Of a DNA stretch of 64,000 nucleotides, positions 59,418-64,000 are shown one piece after another. Numbering within the stretch: position 1 is the first letter of the stretch; each line of letters starts with the position of its first letter. The translations under genes and the position numbers were made by a program. The notes beneath the pieces were generated by a model. It ran no database searches and had not been told where the DNA came from. It was given only the letters and a program-made list of their open reading frames with translations. The DNA lies in IMG/VR virus record IMGVR_UViG_3300036770_004143, positions 124,001 to 188,000 of that record; one strand, given 5' to 3'.

Positions 59418-60326
59418 ATGAATTTACAAGAGAATATAAATAGAATAAAGCAAATGATGGGCATATTAAATGAACAAGAATTAAATTTTGATATACCAGA
59501 AGATATTAAAAAAGAGGCTGATGATATAACAAAAGTTTTATTTGATAAAGCCAAACAATATTATCTAAATCATTACTCAAAACCTGAAACCACTGCCAAG
59601 TTTGCATATCCAGAGAATGTTGATGGAATAAAAAAATATATACCAACAATTAAATATATATTTTATTCTGCAAATGATGGTAGATTTGGTTTTGTTCCAA
59701 ATATACCAAATGAGCCAATTAATTTGAATATAACTTATTTATTTAAAGAAGAGGGTGGAAAATTAGTTCCAATAAATGAACTCTATAATGTAATTATACA
59801 TGAAATGGCTCATGCTATTGAGTACACATTAAAAGCAAAACAAGAAAAAACAATCACCCCAACATATAATAAAGATAATGTATATGATACTCATACTAAA
59901 TATACTGAAAGTGATAATGAAACATATGCTAGAATTCAAAATTTGCGCAATCTATTAGATTTAACCCCAACCTCTAATGGCACAGACATTAAGAATAAAA
60001 TTATTGAATATTTTAATTCAGGGAAAATAACATTCCCCAATGTTAAATTATATATTGAAGGGCAGAGTAATTACTTAGGATTTACAACAATTGATAAGCG
60101 GAAAATTTTGCCAGATTTAACAAACCTTACATATTTTTTTGGTGATTTAAGAATTAATGGAACAAAGAATGATGACATTGCATTCTTATTTGCAAAATTC
60201 ACATATACCCCATTTGTTGAAGACCCTACCACTACCGTATTCATTGATTTAAATAAACTTGGTGAAGTAAATATTTCTGTTGTGGATGCCACAAAAAAAC
60301 CCAACAACACAACCCAAAGAGCATAA
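59418..60326 (+). CDS. leader-bearing HExxH protein
   Basis: MNLQENINRIKQMMGILNE; IIHEMAH...ETYARIQNLR. Confidence 0.7.
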   Translation: MNLQENINRIKQMMGILNEQELNFDIPEDIKKEADDITKVLFDKAKQYYLNHYSKPETTAKFAYPENVDGIKKYIPTIKYIFYSANDGRFGFVPNIPNEPINLNITYLFKEEGGKLVPINELYNVIIHEMAHAIEYTLKAKQEKTITPTYNKDNVYDTHTKYTESDNETYARIQNLRNLLDLTPTSNGTDIKNKIIEYFNSGKITFPNVKLYIEGQSNYLGFTTIDKRKILPDLTNLTYFFGDLRINGTKNDDIAFLFAKFTYTPFVEDPTTTVFIDLNKLGEVNISVVDATKKPNNTTQRA

Positions 60327-60391
60327 ATCTTTTGTGTATTATAAAACCCCCTATCTACATAATCTGGATGGGGGGGGGTTTTATTTGCCCC

Positions 60392-61129
60392 TTAAACCAT
60401 ATCAACCCTTGCCCCCTTCTTTAAGTTATCCATTGCCCATAGGGGTTGCAAATTGGTATAGTGAGATAAAGCAATTAACTCATCTTCTGATTTTGCAGAG
60501 GATAATGGAATAATATGATCAATATGCCATTCTAAACGATTATCCCAACTCATCCCATTAACAAATTTTGATTCCATATATATCTTAAACTCATTATAAC
60601 TAATCCCAACAATGCTTTCTGTCTTCATTGCAAAATTGGTATAGCCACTCTTTCTAAATGAACCCCTTATTAAAGTGCGTAGTCTCTTCTTTAATGCAAA
60701 TAAGGGGTCGTTTTTAAACTTATTCTTCCACCTCTCATATCTTCTAGCATTATCTTTATTCTTTTGTTCAACCTTATACTCATCTGTCTTCTTATAAGCA
60801 ATCATTCTATTCCTTTCTTCTTTTGCAAGTCTTTTCCTTTCTAACTCCTGGCTCTTCTTTTCCTTCTCAATGTTCAATAATATTAAAGCATCCTCCTTTA
60901 ACTTCTGCTTAATCAATCTATTCTCTAATGCTTTCTTTTTTTCATTCTTTCTCTTATTCTCTCTTATCTTTTCTCTATTAACAGGATTACTTAAATATTT
61001 TTCCATATATGTTTTATTTTTTTCACTTTTGCATTTTTTACATATATAATATAATCCATTCTTTCCTTTTTTATAATAATCTGTTATTGGCAAATCTATA
61101 TTGCAATTCTTACATACTTTTGTTTCCAT
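60392..61129 (-). CDS. HNH-type (homing) endonuclease with N-terminal zinc finger
   Basis: CKNC...CKKC, coiled coil, WHIDHIIP...HYTNLQPLW..DNLKK. Confidence 0.8.
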   Translation of the reverse strand: METKVCKNCNIDLPITDYYKKGKNGLYYICKKCKSEKNKTYMEKYLSNPVNREKIRENKRKNEKKKALENRLIKQKLKEDALILLNIEKEKKSQELERKRLAKEERNRMIAYKKTDEYKVEQKNKDNARRYERWKNKFKNDPLFALKKRLRTLIRGSFRKSGYTNFAMKTESIVGISYNEFKIYMESKFVNGMSWDNRLEWHIDHIIPLSSAKSEDELIALSHYTNLQPLWAMDNLKKGARVDMV

Positions 61130-61159
61130 AATATACTTTTACTTAATAATAATAAAAAC

Positions 61160-62590
61160 CATAGATTATGTAAATTTTTCCCAAAAATTTTATTTGAGAA
61201 ATTGGCAAATAAATTCCTTTACAACCTGTGTGGGGGAAATTGAAGTTTTATGTTGTATGGGGAGGGGGCAAATTTTACCACAAATTTTTTAATTGTCAAA
61301 CAGGCCATTAAAGCCCCTTTTGACCCCCACAAATGCATTATAAGGGGGGACACGGCTGGGGGAGGGGGCCCCACACAGGGGTATAACCCCATCCAGGGGG
61401 GCGTAGGGGTCCCGTTATGGTGGCTGACGTTATGGCAGTCCCCCCTTGTGTTGTAAGTGTTTGATTGTGAGTGTGTTGTGTGGGTTGCTAGTTAAGTGGT
61501 TGGTTTATAATACATTATAACATTAGTAAAACATTAACACCCCCTTAACTAGGATATATAAACCCTTGTAATACAGCCCCTTAACTAATGAGATAACATT
61601 AACTAAACTTTAATTGCCCCCACTGGTCGGGGGATGTGATCATGTGTAAGCCCCTAACATACAATATGTTATACCTGAAGGGACATTATGGTGGGAGGGG
61701 AACATTAACATAATATTAACCCCCTTAACTAGGGGGCTATGCAATAATCTATAATGCACTGATCATCCATTAGTTATGTGGAGGGACCCCCTAATTAAGG
61801 GGGAACAAACTTTAACATACCCCAGGCTAAAAAGTTACTAACACGACAGGATGTCAGTACGCCCCCTTAATTAGGGGGAACTGTCTATGTTATAAGCCAT
61901 TATGTGTGATTTAAATAGGGGGTGTTAATAACTTTTTATTTATCCCCACATAGTTAACCCCTTATAAATCACAACATTATATAGTGTGACATCTTGTCAC
62001 CAGGGGGAGTTTGGCACAGTTTTTGCACATAACAATACCCCTCCGGAGGGGGCAAAAATAGGGGATAATCCCCAAGCAAAACTGCCCCTACATACCCCCC
62101 ATACCATAATTGCCCCTCACATAGTTAAAAAGGGCAATTATGAACTAAAATTGCCCCTCACATACTCAAAAATACTATATACTTTTCCTAGCAAAAAATA
62201 ATGAGTTATGGAACAAGGTGGGGGTAGCGAATGTAATGAGCCTGTAATCCCCCATCACCACCCTTCAATTAGCCCATATATTACATATAATGAACCTTTA
62301 TTGTCAATATGATATGACACATAGGTATGTCATTATCTATTGTTAGAAATCAAATATGCCCCATTACAATCATATAGTAATTTATACAACCCCCTCTGGG
62401 GGTATAAAACAAATTAATACTTATGATATAGTTATAGGGTTTTAGGTGTCTATAATAGGGCAACCATTAAGCCATATGGCTTTTATTATGCCCACACCCA
62501 GACCATAATCAGTAGGGGAAATAAGTTTGAACGCAGCAACCCGCCAAACAGATGCGGTAGCATCGTGTGGGGGTGGGGGGATGTGAGAAA
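61160..62590. other. GC-richer non-coding control region (origin / terminus / injection-control candidate)
   Basis: No credible ORF; G/C runs, more than 10 hairpins, repeated motifs. Confidence 0.7.
62012..62027 (+). promoter_or_regulatory. sigma-54 (-24/-12) consensus site
   Basis: TGGCACAGTTTTTGCA with canonical GG-N10-GC spacing. Confidence 0.6.
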
Positions 62591-62629
62591 ACTTATTTCT
62601 TGATATATTTATGTAATAAAACATATAGT

Positions 62630-63406
62630 ATGAGAAATAGATTAAATGAGCAAGTGAATAGGTTCAAACAAATAATGAATGTCATTAGTGAGAATACAAA
62701 TGATAATGTTGATTTTGTTACATTAACTGGACAAGTGATAGATCAGTTAGAAGGTGGATATTACCATCCAGATATGAGGTATAGATTAAAAGGTGATTGG
62801 TCTAAGTATGGTAATTCTGGTGAAACTATGTTTGGGATTGATAGATTAAGAGGTGGTTCAATCAATACAACTTCTGCTGGTAGGGAGTTCTGGACTTTAA
62901 TTGATAATGCTAATGCAAAGAATACTTGGGATTGGAATTATAAAGGTGGTCAATTGGGTGATAGGTTAAAGGTATTGGCTGCACAAATGATGAAACCACA
63001 GTTTGATTTATATATGAGGAAATATCTTACACCAGAAGCACAGAAGATTGTTAATAGTAGTAAAGCATTGACATTTAATTTCATCTATGCCACTTGGAAT
63101 GGTCCAGGTTGGTTTAAGAAGTTTGCAAATAAGTTTAATGAAGATGTTAAAAAGAATTTAAGTATTGGAGAACTTGTTGGTAAAGTTCTTGAATATAGAA
63201 GAGATAGTGGTAATAGAATTATTGTTGATACTGGAAAGAAGTTAGAGAAGATATTACCAAATATTGAAAACATTAATATTTCTCCCCTATCAACAGGTTC
63301 ATCATCAGATACAGGTATTACATCAAGTGATAATAAACAACCAGGTTTTATTGATATGTTATATGATAAGTTCTTGGCTTCACAAAAGGCATCAAATAAG
63401 GCATAG
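62630..63406 (+). CDS. leader-bearing lysozyme-like (GH108-like) protein
   Basis: ..NVISE leader; VIDQLEGGY...GETMFGID...WNGPG. Confidence 0.6.
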   Translation: MRNRLNEQVNRFKQIMNVISENTNDNVDFVTLTGQVIDQLEGGYYHPDMRYRLKGDWSKYGNSGETMFGIDRLRGGSINTTSAGREFWTLIDNANAKNTWDWNYKGGQLGDRLKVLAAQMMKPQFDLYMRKYLTPEAQKIVNSSKALTFNFIYATWNGPGWFKKFANKFNEDVKKNLSIGELVGKVLEYRRDSGNRIIVDTGKKLEKILPNIENINISPLSTGSSSDTGITSSDNKQPGFIDMLYDKFLASQKASNKA

Positions 63407-63546
63407 AATTGCATTGTGCTTAACTTTATGATATGTTTTGCTATTGGTGCTTGTCTTTTATTATAGTGTGTCTTAAATTGCCTTAAAATAAGAAAACCCC
63501 CATATTGTTATATATGAGGGGTTCTTTGTTTAAATGAAAAAAGCAA

Positions 63547-63966
63547 TTAAAGAATAATAAATCCCTTGTTAATTAAATACTCCTGGTTCTCATAATGTTT
63601 CTGGATTTGTTCCTCCCTGGTTAAATTGTGATATGATACAGCTAGTTTGTTCTGAATCAATCCCTCATTAATGTTTAACCCATCCTTTGTGAATACAGTT
63701 GCCAATAATCTACCATACTTCTCACGCTTGTCAAGCACAGTCTTTATTGTAACCTTATCCCCAACCTTTAAATTATCAAACAAATACCTTGTGGCCATAA
63801 TTGCCTGTAATCTTAATAATGGATCCTCTGATGTCATCTCTGGTGTGTCCAATCCATACAACCTAATCTTGGTCTCATTCATAAACATGTAAAAACCCAA
63901 ATCAATGTCCAGGATTAAACTGTCCCCATCAATGATTCGCTTTACTGTTGCTTTGTATTCATACAT
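63547..63966 (-). CDS. thermonuclease (SNase-like)
   Basis: IIDGDS, IRLYGLDTPE, KYGRLLA. Confidence 0.92.
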   Translation of the reverse strand: MYEYKATVKRIIDGDSLILDIDLGFYMFMNETKIRLYGLDTPEMTSEDPLLRLQAIMATRYLFDNLKVGDKVTIKTVLDKREKYGRLLATVFTKDGLNINEGLIQNKLAVSYHNLTREEQIQKHYENQEYLINKGFIIL

Positions 63967-64000
63967 AATCTTATAGTTTATTATAAATATGTTTAGATGC

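Noticed and set aside
61101-62624. Short ORFs 61101, 61250, 61986 and 62442 as genes
   Set aside because: Atypical composition and weak starts; they overlap hairpin repeats

Overview
A very AT-rich, gene-dense 64-kb segment of a large lytic dsDNA phage, read in the standard genetic code. The host is almost certainly Bacteroidota: there are TAnnTTTG housekeeping promoters, a T9SS-type C-terminal tail, a PorT-like beta-barrel and a DUF4846-like lipoprotein. No capsid, tail, terminase or polymerase genes fall in the window. It holds auxiliary genes (ThyX, thioredoxin, ClpP, DenV-like glycosylase, Rnl1-type RNA ligase, SET protein, thermonuclease, phosphoesterases), several cell-wall hydrolases, four tRNAs, five DNA methyltransferases and three HNH/GIY-YIG nucleases. 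Four features stand out. (1) A translationally coupled array of seven capped leucine-rich-repeat genes with shuffled 63-bp modules, plus an eighth displaced copy behind a (TAA)18 tract, resembling a VLR-like variable binder repertoire. (2) About 25-30 unrelated proteins share a short N-terminal helix ending in (I/L)xE and mostly sit behind a phage-specific TATTTAT promoter, suggesting a modular capsid-cargo system. (3) Two related non-coding elements, one carrying an exact copy of the Bacteroidota 16S rRNA 3' end. (4) A 1.4-kb GC-richer non-coding region is packed with hairpins and apparent host-factor binding sites. Product calls come from motif recognition by eye; no searches were run.
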